DNA of 64,000 bases from a virus. Location: positions 33,768-97,767 of the IMG/VR virus record IMGVR_UViG_3300045988_011313; one strand, 5' to 3'. The notes under the pieces were generated by a model, which saw nothing but the letters and a program-made list of their open reading frames with translations, ran no database searches and was not told the DNA's origin. Shown here one piece after another: positions 22,487-32,266 of the stretch. Position 1 is the stretch's first letter. Each line of letters begins with the position of its first letter. The translations under genes and the position numbers were made by a program.

Positions 22487-22766
22487 AAATGAGACTGTGA
22501 GAATATTAAGGTTAGCTACCTTTGGTGGACTTACTGAAAGTGATGCCAATATGATACTTATGCAGTATTGTATAGAGCATGGGAAACCATATTATGAAAC
22601 TGCTATGTTTGTGATGAATGTGCTGAAAAGTAAACAGCTATTAGTACATTGTCTCAACATAGCATTAAGTTTCTACGAGAGAAAGTTCACAGTATATAAG
22701 CTATGGAGTGCTCCCAATCCATTAAATAACAGGGGGCAAGAAAGAAAGTTATTACAAATCTTTTAA
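22479..22766 (+). CDS. hypothetical protein (95 aa)
   Basis: ORF track. 8-nt overlap with the upstream gene. Confidence 0.5.
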   Translation: MDRNETVRILRLATFGGLTESDANMILMQYCIEHGKPYYETAMFVMNVLKSKQLLVHCLNIALSFYERKFTVYKLWSAPNPLNNRGQERKLLQIF

Positions 22767-22777
22767 TATAAGAAAAT

Positions 22778-23263
22778 ATGAAGACATTAACAGTAAGACA
22801 GTTTGCAGGTGTAAAGAGAATTGCACAGAATGTTAATCCTTTGGTAGTAAAGAAGAATAAGATTGCTGCCAAGATTAATGAACTTAATGCAGAGTATAAT
22901 GCCCTGACTGAGGAAATTGAGGGACATGAGATGGGTGTCAAGGCTTTGACAGGTGGTCTCACAAGTGAAGACTTGGTTGTCAAGAAGGTAGAAGATACTG
23001 GTAAGGTTGGTAAGGATGGTAAGCCTATAAAGGTTACTAAGTATGAACCTAAGGCTGATACAGTAGTATTCAATGAAGAGGCTAATGTGTATGAGATTCA
23101 TATAGAGGAGCCTGAGGTTGAAGATGTTGCTCCTGAGACAGTAGATGATACTGAGATGGCACCTGAGACAGAAGTAAAGGCTGGTGAAGAGTCTTCTTTT
23201 GACCCTACTAATCCATTTAACAATGGTGCAGAAGCCAGTGACAAACTGCCCCTTGGAGAGTAA
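22778..23263 (+). CDS. hypothetical protein with an acidic C-terminal tail (161 aa)
   Basis: ORF track. The antisense ORFs across it are judged spurious. Confidence 0.6.
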   Translation: MKTLTVRQFAGVKRIAQNVNPLVVKKNKIAAKINELNAEYNALTEEIEGHEMGVKALTGGLTSEDLVVKKVEDTGKVGKDGKPIKVTKYEPKADTVVFNEEANVYEIHIEEPEVEDVAPETVDDTEMAPETEVKAGEESSFDPTNPFNNGAEASDKLPLGE

Positions 23264-23310
23264 TCAGAGTAGTAAGAAGTAGAATCAAGAACAAGAAAAA
23301 TCATTAGAAA

Positions 23311-24267
23311 ATGAAGAAGACAAATTTTGCATTTATGGCATTTGCTGCTGGTAAAGTATCTACTGAAGGCAATGCAGTAAAGAGATATACAGGTGTAGCT
23401 CCTGTATTTGTTTTGGCTGTAAACCCTAACAAAGCAGAGCTTGAGAAGTTGTATGATACCCAACTTGAAAATGACCCTGAATATCTGGGTGAAGTTGAGG
23501 TAGGTGAGGACAAGCACAAGGTACAGAGTGTCAGACTTGACTTCATTGTTAAGACTGATGCTGAGAAGTGTGGTGGTATTGAGTTTACTACCAAAATAGC
23601 TTTCTTCATCAGAAAGGAATACAGATACAATAAAGACCATACTAAGGTACAGGTAATTGATAAGTATGGTAGAACTGCTTGGGTTACTATAGAGCAGGCT
23701 AAGGCACATGAAATTCCTGTATATAAGAATGGTCCTGCCAATATTGATAAGGGCTATAGACCTGCTTATCAAGGAGAGGAAGAGCTTACTAACTTCATCA
23801 AGGCATACCTCAACATTCCTAATGTAATGAAGTATGTCAATAATACTTGGGTTATGGTAGACAAACCTGAGGACTGTGAAGCAAGACTTGAGAGCATTGA
23901 TGAGTACTTCAAGGGCAATTTCAAGGAGCTGAGAGATGTTATTGCATTGCAGCCTAATAACAAGGTTAAGGTATTGTTTGGTGTAAGAACCACTGATGAT
24001 AACAAGCAGTATCAGGCTGTTTATAATCAGATGTTCTTGAAGAACAATATCACTGACTATAGTAAGTTGGATGCAGACTTGCAGGAAAGAAAGGCTGCTG
24101 GTTCATATCCTACTACTGAGTTTACTGTAGGTGATAAGGTTACTGTAGGGAACTTGAAGGAGTATAATGTAGAATCTACAGACCTCAGCAGCTCTGGTGC
24201 ATCAGGTGATGTACCTTTCCCTCCTGGCAATGCTGATGGAGGTACACCTTGGAATTTTGGTAAGTAG
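23311..24267 (+). CDS. hypothetical replication-module protein, possible ssDNA-binding/annealing protein
   Basis: It sits between the Sak4-like ATPase and the primase and has a flexible Gly/Pro-rich C-terminus. The assignment rests on position only. Confidence 0.3.
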   Translation: MKKTNFAFMAFAAGKVSTEGNAVKRYTGVAPVFVLAVNPNKAELEKLYDTQLENDPEYLGEVEVGEDKHKVQSVRLDFIVKTDAEKCGGIEFTTKIAFFIRKEYRYNKDHTKVQVIDKYGRTAWVTIEQAKAHEIPVYKNGPANIDKGYRPAYQGEEELTNFIKAYLNIPNVMKYVNNTWVMVDKPEDCEARLESIDEYFKGNFKELRDVIALQPNNKVKVLFGVRTTDDNKQYQAVYNQMFLKNNITDYSKLDADLQERKAAGSYPTTEFTVGDKVTVGNLKEYNVESTDLSSSGASGDVPFPPGNADGGTPWNFGK

Positions 24268-24284
24268 TAATTAAAAAAAAACAA

Positions 24285-25325
24285 ATGGCATTCAGCAAAG
24301 GTAAATCTTCTGTGAGCCTTGATGATATTCTAAGTAAAGTGACAGAGGCAGACATCCTGTCACATTACTTGGGAGTCACAGAGGTTCCGTGCATAATCAA
24401 TAGTCCTCTTAGACAGGATAGGAGACCCTCCTTTGGTCTTTACTCTTCTGATGGGATAAGGATATTTTATATAGACTTAGCCACAAAGGATAGTGGGGGT
24501 CTGTTTGACCTTCTTGGTAAAATGTGGAATTGTGGTTTTAAGGAGGTCTTAAGTAAAATTAATAATGACATTTCAAAGTTCTGTGGTGGTGCCAGTATTC
24601 ATTCATACACTCCCTGTGCTGTAAGAAGTACAAATAGTTACAACAAAGATACAGACTTGCAGTGCAAAGTCAGAGATTGGAGAGATTATGATATTGAATA
24701 TTGGGCATCCTATGGTATAACTTTGGAATGGCTCAAGTATGCAGAGGTTTACCCTATATCTCATAAGATTGTCATAAAAGATGGTCATAGATATGTGTTT
24801 GGGGCTGATAAATATGCCTATGCTTATGTAGAACACAAGGAAGGTAAGGTTACTCTAAAGATATACCAGCCTTTCAATAAAGCTGGTTATAAGTGGAGTA
24901 ACAAGCATGACAATTCTGTAGTAAGCTTATGGACTAAAGTACCTGAATATGGGGAACAGATTTGCATTTGTTCTTCACTGAAGGATGCCTTATGTCTATG
25001 GGCTAACACAGGTATTCCATCTCTTGCCATTCAAGGTGAGGGGTATAGGATGAGTGATACTGCAATTAGTGAGCTGAAAAGAAGATATAAACAAGTCTTC
25101 ATTTGCTTGGATAATGATGAGCCAGGATTAAAGGATGCTCAGAAATTATCTGAAGAAACAGGTTTTACTAATGTAGTATTACCACCCTTTAATGAAGGGA
25201 AAGATATTAGTGACTTGATGAAAGCTAAGGGCAAAGATGAGTTCCTTAGAATAATCAAGCCTTTATTTGACTCTTCAAGACAAGAGGACAATGATTGGAA
25301 TGATTTGCCCTTTTGTATAGATTAA
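24285..25325 (+). CDS. DnaG-like primase (Toprim domain)
   Basis: ICICSSLKDALCLW...IQGEG...VFICLDNDEPGLKDAQKL shows the Toprim E...DxD pattern. Confidence 0.75.
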   Translation: MAFSKGKSSVSLDDILSKVTEADILSHYLGVTEVPCIINSPLRQDRRPSFGLYSSDGIRIFYIDLATKDSGGLFDLLGKMWNCGFKEVLSKINNDISKFCGGASIHSYTPCAVRSTNSYNKDTDLQCKVRDWRDYDIEYWASYGITLEWLKYAEVYPISHKIVIKDGHRYVFGADKYAYAYVEHKEGKVTLKIYQPFNKAGYKWSNKHDNSVVSLWTKVPEYGEQICICSSLKDALCLWANTGIPSLAIQGEGYRMSDTAISELKRRYKQVFICLDNDEPGLKDAQKLSEETGFTNVVLPPFNEGKDISDLMKAKGKDEFLRIIKPLFDSSRQEDNDWNDLPFCID

Positions 25326-25371
25326 AAAAAAAGTTTCAATAAGTTCAATTTATAAAAAAAAAAGTGAAAAC

Positions 25372-26064
25372 ATGGAAGCAAGAAAAATTACAGTCGTACA
25401 GACTAAGAATCAGAAAAAGAGTGTTATTATGTCAGCAGCCACAACCCTTGCTGAGTTGAAAAGTGACTTGAGAGACAATGGCATTGACTATGATGGTATG
25501 ACCTTCTTTGAAGGCACATCAAAGGTTGAATTGAAGAATGATACTTCTGTTCTTCCTCATGATGTTCCTTACAAGGGAACTGTCACCAATGAGTTGGTTT
25601 TCATGCTTACTAACACTAACAAGAAAATCAGAAGTGGTGCTACTACAATGAGCAGAGCTGAGGTATACAGTGCTATCAAATCTATGGGTTTGCAGGATGC
25701 TTGTGTAGAGAAGTTTGGCAAGAACTTCACTATGTGTAAGACTGCTGACCTTATTGCATTAGTACAGAGCAATGGTGCTTCAAAGCCTGCTCCTGCTACT
25801 CCTAAAGCTGAGGCTAAGGCTGAGGCTAAGGTAGAAGCACCTGCAAGTAGTGATGGTGAGTGTGTTGATACTGTAGCAAGAGCTGCTATTAGTAAGTTGG
25901 TGGAAATTCTTGAGGACAATGGCACAATCGAGGATTATGAGAAAAAGGAATTGATTGGCATTCTTGGGGGTAAGGTTGCAGTAAGTGCTGAACCTTCTGG
26001 GGAGCCTTCTCCTTATTCTGATGATGAGATTGGTGATATGTTCGCAGAAATGGGTGTCAATTAA
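25372..26064 (+). CDS. protein with an N-terminal ubiquitin/ThiS-like beta-grasp pattern, then a helical HeH-like segment and a low-complexity linker
   Basis: KITVVQT / KSVIMSA / TLAELKSDLRDNGI / MTFFEG / LVFMLTNTNKKIRSGA mirrors ubiquitin strand-strand-helix-strand-strand order. Later features: CKTADLIALV, (AEAK)n and ILGG. By-eye fold inference only. Confidence 0.4.
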   Translation: MEARKITVVQTKNQKKSVIMSAATTLAELKSDLRDNGIDYDGMTFFEGTSKVELKNDTSVLPHDVPYKGTVTNELVFMLTNTNKKIRSGATTMSRAEVYSAIKSMGLQDACVEKFGKNFTMCKTADLIALVQSNGASKPAPATPKAEAKAEAKVEAPASSDGECVDTVARAAISKLVEILEDNGTIEDYEKKELIGILGGKVAVSAEPSGEPSPYSDDEIGDMFAEMGVN

Positions 26065-26079
26065 CAAAAGTAAGTAACA

Positions 26080-26122
26080 GTAGGTAAGGAGGTTAGGAAT
26101 GCCCCCTTACCTACTTTTTTTT
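26080..26122 (+). terminator. rho-independent terminator
   Basis: GTAGGTAAGG (26080-26089) pairs with CCTTACCTAC (26105-26114), followed by T8. Confidence 0.7.
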
Positions 26123-26130
26123 ACAGTAAT

Positions 26131-27423
26131 ATGAGTGGAGAAACAATTAAATTAATTGAGGAGGGGATAGAGAAACTATATAACTCCTTAATGGACAAGC
26201 CACTTCGAGTATTAGACATATTCAATGATTTCTTTGGAGAGGATAAAGTTGATATGCAAGGGTATTGGAGTTTGGACAAGTTCAAACTTTGGATGTATAC
26301 AGAGCCTTTATCTACTTATATCTCTGTTGGTAATATAGACAGGAATGACTGGAATATATATGAAACACAGGCTATTACTGATTTACCTGAAGACCAAGTA
26401 GGAAAGGCTGTTAATATGCTTACAAGTACTATGGCAAAAGAAAGAATTGGTAATGCTAAGTTCAGTAACATATTCATTCTTGTACATTTTCCTCATGTAA
26501 GAGTAACTAATGAGCATGATAGATTTGTGGATATTAACCATCTGTGGGCTAAGGTGAAAGTAATGTATGATGGCACATTGAATGGTGGATTTACACTTAA
26601 TAGGTCAGAATATACTATGCTTCACATTAGTAGTGGATATATGCACAGTCATATCAGTAGTATTCCTAAAGGTGACTTTACCCGTTTTCAGAATCCTTGC
26701 ACAGGCAGTGGTCCTATTAATGGTACTATTGGTGCCCTCAATAGGGACTATGATGAGGATATGTGGAATATGTTCTGTCTTGAGCTAAGTAAGTATGTAA
26801 CTGTAGAGTCCGTTGCTGGCAGACCTTATAAATATTTGGAAAAGTTAGGTACCAATGATATGGAAATAGGTATAGATAGATTCATTACATATCTGTCTCC
26901 TGATTACCATGGAAATGTCATTACTCCTAATAAATTCAAGGAGTTTGTAAGGTACTTTATTAGCACTAAGAAGCTCAAATTTAACTATGTCAATGGTTCT
27001 TATTCTATTGGAATGTCACTTATTGAATTTATTGTACTCATCAGTAATGAGTTCATTAAATGGTATAATGACCAGTTCAATAAAGAGGAATTAACTATTA
27101 AGTTTGCAGACTTGAAGAGACATGGTATCTTGAAAGAGTGCATCATAGACAATGAAAAGATTTACTATGATAGGAGCAGGGATAATGTAAACAACTATGC
27201 TCAGTATATAGGCAAGAAAGTCTGTGTATTCAAGGGAAGAGAGATAACTGTAGATATTACAGATATTGCAGAAGTGAAGAATGAGAACAAGAGTATAATT
27301 CTTAATACTCATACTGCATTATACATATTAACAACAATACTCAAAGTATTAAATTACAGGTATGGAAGAAACAAAGCAACCCACGAAGGTAATCAGCTTG
27401 GTACAGAAGTCAGGTATCTATAA
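26131..27423 (+). CDS. hypothetical protein (430 aa) upstream of the JAB gene
   Basis: ORF track. No motif recognised with confidence. Contains GYMHSHISSIPKGDFTRFQNPCTGSG. Its 3' end overlaps the JAB ORF by 62 nt. Confidence 0.65.
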   Translation: MSGETIKLIEEGIEKLYNSLMDKPLRVLDIFNDFFGEDKVDMQGYWSLDKFKLWMYTEPLSTYISVGNIDRNDWNIYETQAITDLPEDQVGKAVNMLTSTMAKERIGNAKFSNIFILVHFPHVRVTNEHDRFVDINHLWAKVKVMYDGTLNGGFTLNRSEYTMLHISSGYMHSHISSIPKGDFTRFQNPCTGSGPINGTIGALNRDYDEDMWNMFCLELSKYVTVESVAGRPYKYLEKLGTNDMEIGIDRFITYLSPDYHGNVITPNKFKEFVRYFISTKKLKFNYVNGSYSIGMSLIEFIVLISNEFIKWYNDQFNKEELTIKFADLKRHGILKECIIDNEKIYYDRSRDNVNNYAQYIGKKVCVFKGREITVDITDIAEVKNENKSIILNTHTALYILTTILKVLNYRYGRNKATHEGNQLGTEVRYL

Positions 27424-28570
27424 TTATAAGCTGATTATTCCAGCAGAAGTGGAAAGAAAGATAAGGTTTACCTGTCAGAAGGTATGGAATACTGAATGGT
27501 CAGGTACATTGTTCTTTACACATGAAGGCTCATTTGAGAATAATGACCTTGTGATAAGATGTGTGGACATTTATATCATGGATATTGGAACTCAAGCCTA
27601 TACAGAGTTTGATATGAATCCTGATGTAATATCCTACATGTGTGAAAATCCTGAATTGCTAGATTGTCAGATGGGTCTTATACATTCCCATAACAATATG
27701 AGTACTTTCTTTAGTGGAACAGATACTGCTACTCTAAAGGAAGAAGGCAGGGATAGAAACAATTTTGTGTCTCTTATTGTGAATAATGCAGGTTCCTATA
27801 CTGCTGCAATTACAAGGAGAGTCAAGTCAAAGCAGGTCAGGGAGTCTGTATCTTATGAGTTCTTTGGTGATGGTGAAAAACAGGACACTAAGGAATATGT
27901 AAGTGATGCAGATGAGATTGAGTGGTTCTATCTTAAAATAGAGAAAGAAGATGAGAATTATTCCTTTCCAGACATGGCAGCAAGACTTGAGGAAATCAAA
28001 CAGGCTAAAGCAGAGAAAGCCAAGAAAGTGCAGACACCTGTATATCAAAGTGGCTATAAGCATACTATTGCTAATTCCCATGATACAAAGGCAGGTCCAG
28101 CAAATCTTGTCAAGAAGGAAGCTGATAAGCCTAAGGTAGACCAGCCATCCCTCTTTGACAATGTGGATGATTTGCCATTTGATGATAACTATAGTCTGCC
28201 TTATGGTCAGGTGACACTTGATAAAGTCACTTTGAAATCTCTTGTACTCCAATTGGTTACAGGCAGTATTCTTATTTCTAATGATAGTAAGATTGATATT
28301 CCTAAATGGGCTAAGTCAATGTCTACATTGTATGAAAAGAGATTTGGCAAGGGTGAAGAAGGCATGGAAAATTTCAAAATGTGGGCAGATACCTATACAG
28401 AATATCTGACATGGTATGTGACAGATGAGAAATTAGAAAAGCTTGGCTTTGATGAAACAGAAATTTGTGCTATTTGTGCCCATGATATGATAGAGGAGCT
28501 TACAAAACTTCCTGAAAATGATTATATCAAAGGGTATATTGATGCACTTCAAAAATACTTAATATTATGA
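27362..28570 (+). CDS. JAB/MPN (JAMM) metallopeptidase-domain protein with a long C-terminal extension
   Basis: Exact JAMM signature HSHNNMSTFFSGTD (H-x-H-x7-S-x2-D) with an upstream Glu in PAEVERK. Confidence 0.8.
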   Translation: MEETKQPTKVISLVQKSGIYNYKLIIPAEVERKIRFTCQKVWNTEWSGTLFFTHEGSFENNDLVIRCVDIYIMDIGTQAYTEFDMNPDVISYMCENPELLDCQMGLIHSHNNMSTFFSGTDTATLKEEGRDRNNFVSLIVNNAGSYTAAITRRVKSKQVRESVSYEFFGDGEKQDTKEYVSDADEIEWFYLKIEKEDENYSFPDMAARLEEIKQAKAEKAKKVQTPVYQSGYKHTIANSHDTKAGPANLVKKEADKPKVDQPSLFDNVDDLPFDDNYSLPYGQVTLDKVTLKSLVLQLVTGSILISNDSKIDIPKWAKSMSTLYEKRFGKGEEGMENFKMWADTYTEYLTWYVTDEKLEKLGFDETEICAICAHDMIEELTKLPENDYIKGYIDALQKYLIL

Positions 28571-29463
28571 ATGAAGAAGTAACAATTTCACCAGAAATAA
28601 TTGACAGGTATCTTGCAGGGGTACCTATCCCTGTACCTGTAGAGGATGGTGACAGCATTAGCTTTGAACTTTCAGAAGAAGAACAGGCTATTCTTGACCA
28701 AGCTGTAGAAGATGCACATCAGGAAATACCATCAAACTCTGCAACTTTGCTTGTAGATGAAACTACAAGTAGGTTTAGTTCTGCCATTTGGTATGAGAAC
28801 ATTCAGAAGAAAACTGTCATTTTGGCAGGTGTAGGTGGCATTGGTAGTTATGTAGGCTTCTTATTGGCAAGGATGAAGCCAGCTTCTATGTTTATCTATG
28901 ATAATGACATAGTAGAAGCTGTCAATATGTCAGGTCAGTTGTATGGTCAGTCTGATTTAGGTAGGTCTAAAGTATCTGCACTGGCTGAGATGATTAGAAA
29001 CTATGCTAACTATAGTAGTGTCTTTGCAATAAATGAAAGATTCACTGATGAATCTGAAGCATCAGACATTATGATTTGTGGCTTTGATAATATGGCAGCA
29101 AGAAAACTTTTCTTTAATAAATGGGTAAATCATGTTCAATCCAAACCAGAGGAGGAAAGGAAGAATTGCCTGTTCATTGATGGTAGGTTGGCAGCAGAGG
29201 AGTTTCAGGTATTGTGTATTAAGGGAGATGATGAGTATAACATCAATAGGTACAATAATGAGTTCCTATTCTCTGATGCAGAAGCTGATGAGACTGTCTG
29301 CTCCTATAAACAAACTACCTTCTGTGCAAATATGATTGCATCCTATATGGTCAATCTGTTTGTGAACTTTTGTGCTAATCAGTGTGAGCCTCTCATTGAC
29401 AGAGACTTGCCATTCCTTACCACATATAATGCAGAGACAATGTATCTTAAAACTGAAGTATAA
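28567..29463 (+). CDS. E1-like ThiF/MoeB-family adenylyltransferase
   Basis: Glycine-rich loop VILAGVGGIGSYVGFLLA, FIYDNDIVEAVNMSGQLY, SKVSALAEMI and ICGFDNMAARKLF. ATGA overlap with the JAB gene. Confidence 0.75.
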   Translation: MNEEVTISPEIIDRYLAGVPIPVPVEDGDSISFELSEEEQAILDQAVEDAHQEIPSNSATLLVDETTSRFSSAIWYENIQKKTVILAGVGGIGSYVGFLLARMKPASMFIYDNDIVEAVNMSGQLYGQSDLGRSKVSALAEMIRNYANYSSVFAINERFTDESEASDIMICGFDNMAARKLFFNKWVNHVQSKPEEERKNCLFIDGRLAAEEFQVLCIKGDDEYNINRYNNEFLFSDAEADETVCSYKQTTFCANMIASYMVNLFVNFCANQCEPLIDRDLPFLTTYNAETMYLKTEV

Positions 29464-30227
29464 TGGAATTTAGCCAAAGATTTGTATATAGTGCTATAGG
29501 AGTCTTCAATAGTAGTGATACCAATGGTGTAGCTTGGCTTAGGAGTGAGTTATCTCTTGATAGTAACAATGTATTTAGTAGAAGCCTTGTTGTTGAAGTA
29601 GATGATAATGAGGTAGAGATACCTGTGATTGCAAGAGAACACTTTGAGGGTTTAGTGTCAGAGAAGATAGACCACCCATTAGCTGTAGGAACCAAGAGGA
29701 TAATACTGCCATTGTATGATAATGCACCAAGTCAGGAGAGAAGAACTTTTGATAGTATCATAAAGCAGTTGTTTACTAATGTAAGATGTCATGAAAGATT
29801 GCAGAAGATAACTACCAACAGGGGTGAAGTGTATTATGGTGGCAAAGGTATTATCTTTGATGAAAGCTATACCCCATTGCTATTATGTACATTAACTGCA
29901 AGAAAGGTACATACAGAAGAAGGTGGCAATAGTATGGTCTATTATAGACCTGTATGCCATGTTAGCCCTAAAGTATTCTTAGAGTCTGACAAGTTGATTA
30001 ACAAAGGTATTATTAAGAAACTTATTCCTATCTATACAAGTAGAGAGGTAAGTCTTCCTAATTACAATTTTGATGTCAATCCAGAGAGTAAAAAGGTGAA
30101 AGTTGTAGTGGATAATTTTGATAAGTTCTTTATAGAGCCTATCAAGCCTACTCCATCTGCCACTACTAATGATGCACTGAATGAATGCCTTATTGACAAT
30201 ATGGATGACATAATGATGTTGATATGA
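29463..30227 (+). CDS. hypothetical protein (254 aa) coupled to the E1-like gene
   Basis: TAATG overlap upstream and ATGA overlap downstream. No motif recognised. Contains YYRPVCHVSP. Confidence 0.65.
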   Translation: MEFSQRFVYSAIGVFNSSDTNGVAWLRSELSLDSNNVFSRSLVVEVDDNEVEIPVIAREHFEGLVSEKIDHPLAVGTKRIILPLYDNAPSQERRTFDSIIKQLFTNVRCHERLQKITTNRGEVYYGGKGIIFDESYTPLLLCTLTARKVHTEEGGNSMVYYRPVCHVSPKVFLESDKLINKGIIKKLIPIYTSREVSLPNYNFDVNPESKKVKVVVDNFDKFFIEPIKPTPSATTNDALNECLIDNMDDIMMLI

Positions 30228-30901
30228 CATTAGATGAATACTTTGGAGATTGGATGAAAGTAATTGATAGGGCAGAGCTAAACAATGTAATGGCTAAGGT
30301 TGGACAGGAATATAGGAGGAAGCCTCTATGTCCTGCCCAATCTGATGTGTTCAGAGCATTTGAGCTTTGTCCTCTCAAGGACTTAAAAGTAGTTATGTTA
30401 GGTCAAGACCCCTATCCACAAAAGGGAGTTGCAACTGGCATACTTTTTGGTAACAAGAAGGAGGTTGATGAGGATAACTTGTCTCCTTCATTAAATGTTG
30501 TTAAAGAAGCAGCCATTAATTTTGAGATTCCACATTATTGTATTACCTTTGACCAAACTTTAGAGAGTTGGGCTAAACAAGGAATACTAATGATAAACTC
30601 AGCTTTGACTGTGGAGATGAACAGGATAGGCTCCCATGTGATGATGTGGAGACCTTTCATAGCTAAACTGTTGAAAAACCTGTCTGAATATGACACAGCC
30701 ATAGTATATGTGCTATTTGGCAGACAGGCTCAGACTTTCAAACCTTATATCAATAGTAGATTCAATCACATTATAGAGATTGAACATCCTGCATACTTTG
30801 CAAGGAGTGGCACTAAGATGCCACACCAACTATTTATTGATATAAGTAATAGAGTAAAAGGAATTTATGGTGTACCAATAAAATGGTACGAAGAGTATTA
30901 A
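30224..30901 (+). CDS. ung: uracil-DNA glycosylase (family 1-like)
   Basis: VVMLGQDPYPQKG contains the GQDPY water-activating motif. LMINSALTV and EHPAYFARSG are the later motifs. Confidence 0.8.
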   Translation: MTLDEYFGDWMKVIDRAELNNVMAKVGQEYRRKPLCPAQSDVFRAFELCPLKDLKVVMLGQDPYPQKGVATGILFGNKKEVDEDNLSPSLNVVKEAAINFEIPHYCITFDQTLESWAKQGILMINSALTVEMNRIGSHVMMWRPFIAKLLKNLSEYDTAIVYVLFGRQAQTFKPYINSRFNHIIEIEHPAYFARSGTKMPHQLFIDISNRVKGIYGVPIKWYEEY

Positions 30902-30923
30902 TATTAAACAATAAAAAAACAAA

Positions 30924-31475
30924 ATGGAAAAGATTTATTTGACAAATGGTAAGGAAGTACAGATTGGAGACATTCTGACTAAAGTATCTAAAGTGAAAGA
31001 CCCTTTCTTTGGTAAGGGCACTATAGTTCAGCACGTTGCAGTGACTGAAGACATTCTTCCTGAACTACTTGAACTTGGCATTGTTACTACTGTTAAACCT
31101 AAAAAGCCAGTAGCTGAGACTGAGGTTCCTATGGAGTTGGAGTACTACATTCAGAAGATTGCAGAGAAGCTTGGTTGGAAGATTGAGAAGGTCTATAACT
31201 ATCTCAATAGTGTAGATACTATTCTTCCTGCTGCTGCATTCTCTATGGTACTTAGAGAAATAGCCATTGAGTTGGACAAGAAGTATAAGGACCACATTGA
31301 GAAGAGTCCTGAGATTTATGTAATCTCTATGTTTGATGGTAGAATTACAAAGGCTAATAAGGCTCACATTAAGAACTATAGGAACTTTGCAGCGTTTAGG
31401 TCTGTAAATGATGCTAAGATTGCTTGCAGAATTACAAAGGATATTCTTAAAGAAATGTTCAAAAGTGGTAAATAA
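30924..31475 (+). CDS. hypothetical protein (183 aa)
   Basis: ORF track. Confidence 0.6.
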   Translation: MEKIYLTNGKEVQIGDILTKVSKVKDPFFGKGTIVQHVAVTEDILPELLELGIVTTVKPKKPVAETEVPMELEYYIQKIAEKLGWKIEKVYNYLNSVDTILPAAAFSMVLREIAIELDKKYKDHIEKSPEIYVISMFDGRITKANKAHIKNYRNFAAFRSVNDAKIACRITKDILKEMFKSGK

Positions 31476-31959
31476 GAAAATCAGAAATGCCACACAGAGT
31501 AGTTCTAAGGGTATAACATTCAAATCCCAGTTGGAGAAGAGCATATACAACACTCTTCTTCAACAAGGATTTGAACCTCAATATGAGCCAATTACCTTTA
31601 CTTTGTGGGAGGGTTTTAAGCCTATTACCCCATATTATGACAAGGAGACTGATAAGCAGAAAATCAAAAGATTATCAGATGGCACAGACATCCGTACTTC
31701 AAAGATACTTATTCAGAAAACAGGTAAAATTGTTGGTATCAGATATACACCAGACTTTTACTTCAAGTATAATGACCTTAATGTTTATATTGAGGCAAAA
31801 GGTATTGAGAATGATGTATTTTATATCAAGAAGAAGATGTTTATAAAATATCTTGATAACCTGTACATTGAAAAAGGTAAAAAATCAATCTATTTTGAGG
31901 TATATACCAAAAAGCAACTCTTGCAGGCAATAGAAATTATCAAGAGTTATGGACAATAG
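31408..31959 (+). CDS. T7 endonuclease I-like PD-(D/E)XK Holliday-junction resolvase
   Basis: FKSQLEKSIYNTLLQQG...YTPDFYF...VYIEAKG matches the endonuclease I pattern (PDF...E-x-K-G). The start is uncertain: ATG 31408 overlaps the upstream gene by 68 nt, and GTG 31466 is an alternative. Confidence 0.7.
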   Translation: MMLRLLAELQRIFLKKCSKVVNKKIRNATQSSSKGITFKSQLEKSIYNTLLQQGFEPQYEPITFTLWEGFKPITPYYDKETDKQKIKRLSDGTDIRTSKILIQKTGKIVGIRYTPDFYFKYNDLNVYIEAKGIENDVFYIKKKMFIKYLDNLYIEKGKKSIYFEVYTKKQLLQAIEIIKSYGQ

Positions 31960-32266
31960 AGAACCAGTAGACATAATAAAGGCTTTGATTCCATCATTGC
32001 CTAAGGGAGATGCAAAGCTTGCACATAAGTTCCTGAATAGTAGGGATTTTGAGTCTCTTCAGCTCTTAGTTGATTCATCTCTTGTCAGAGTAAAGAAAGG
32101 TCTTAGTAGGGAAAACCCTAAGGAGGAGTACCTGAGAGCAGACCTTGGAGAAATGGGGAAATTGAAGTCAGAAATAGATACCTACTGTGAGGCTCTTGAG
32201 TTGCCAGAGCGAGAGGGTGAATATGAAGATTTCAATAGTGAAGAATACAATCAAGATTATTATTAA
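31949..32266 (+). CDS. hypothetical protein (105 aa)
   Basis: ORF track. Confidence 0.55.
   Translation: MDNREPVDIIKALIPSLPKGDAKLAHKFLNSRDFESLQLLVDSSLVRVKKGLSRENPKEEYLRADLGEMGKLKSEIDTYCEALELPEREGEYEDFNSEEYNQDYY

Noticed and set aside
21785-22549. 254-aa ORF antisense to the P-loop ATPase gene, plus the shorter ORFs 21817-22059, 22101-22325 and 22276-22464.
   Set aside because: The sense gene has a clear Walker A/B and fits operon packing. The antisense product is Leu/Ile/Ser/Cys-rich low-complexity sequence typical of the reverse frame of an AT-rich gene.
22687-23772. Antisense ORFs 22687-23073, 22787-23101, 23098-23772 (224 aa) and 23304-23741.
   Set aside because: They lie opposite well-packed plus-strand genes. 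Their composition is low-complexity and hydrophobic, and they have no start context or motifs.
25795-25835. Short tandem repeat GCTGAGGCTAAG x2-3, considered as a possible CRISPR or VNTR-like element.
   Set aside because: It is in frame inside ORF 25372-26064 and encodes (AEAK)n low-complexity linker. No spacer-repeat architecture exists anywhere in the window.
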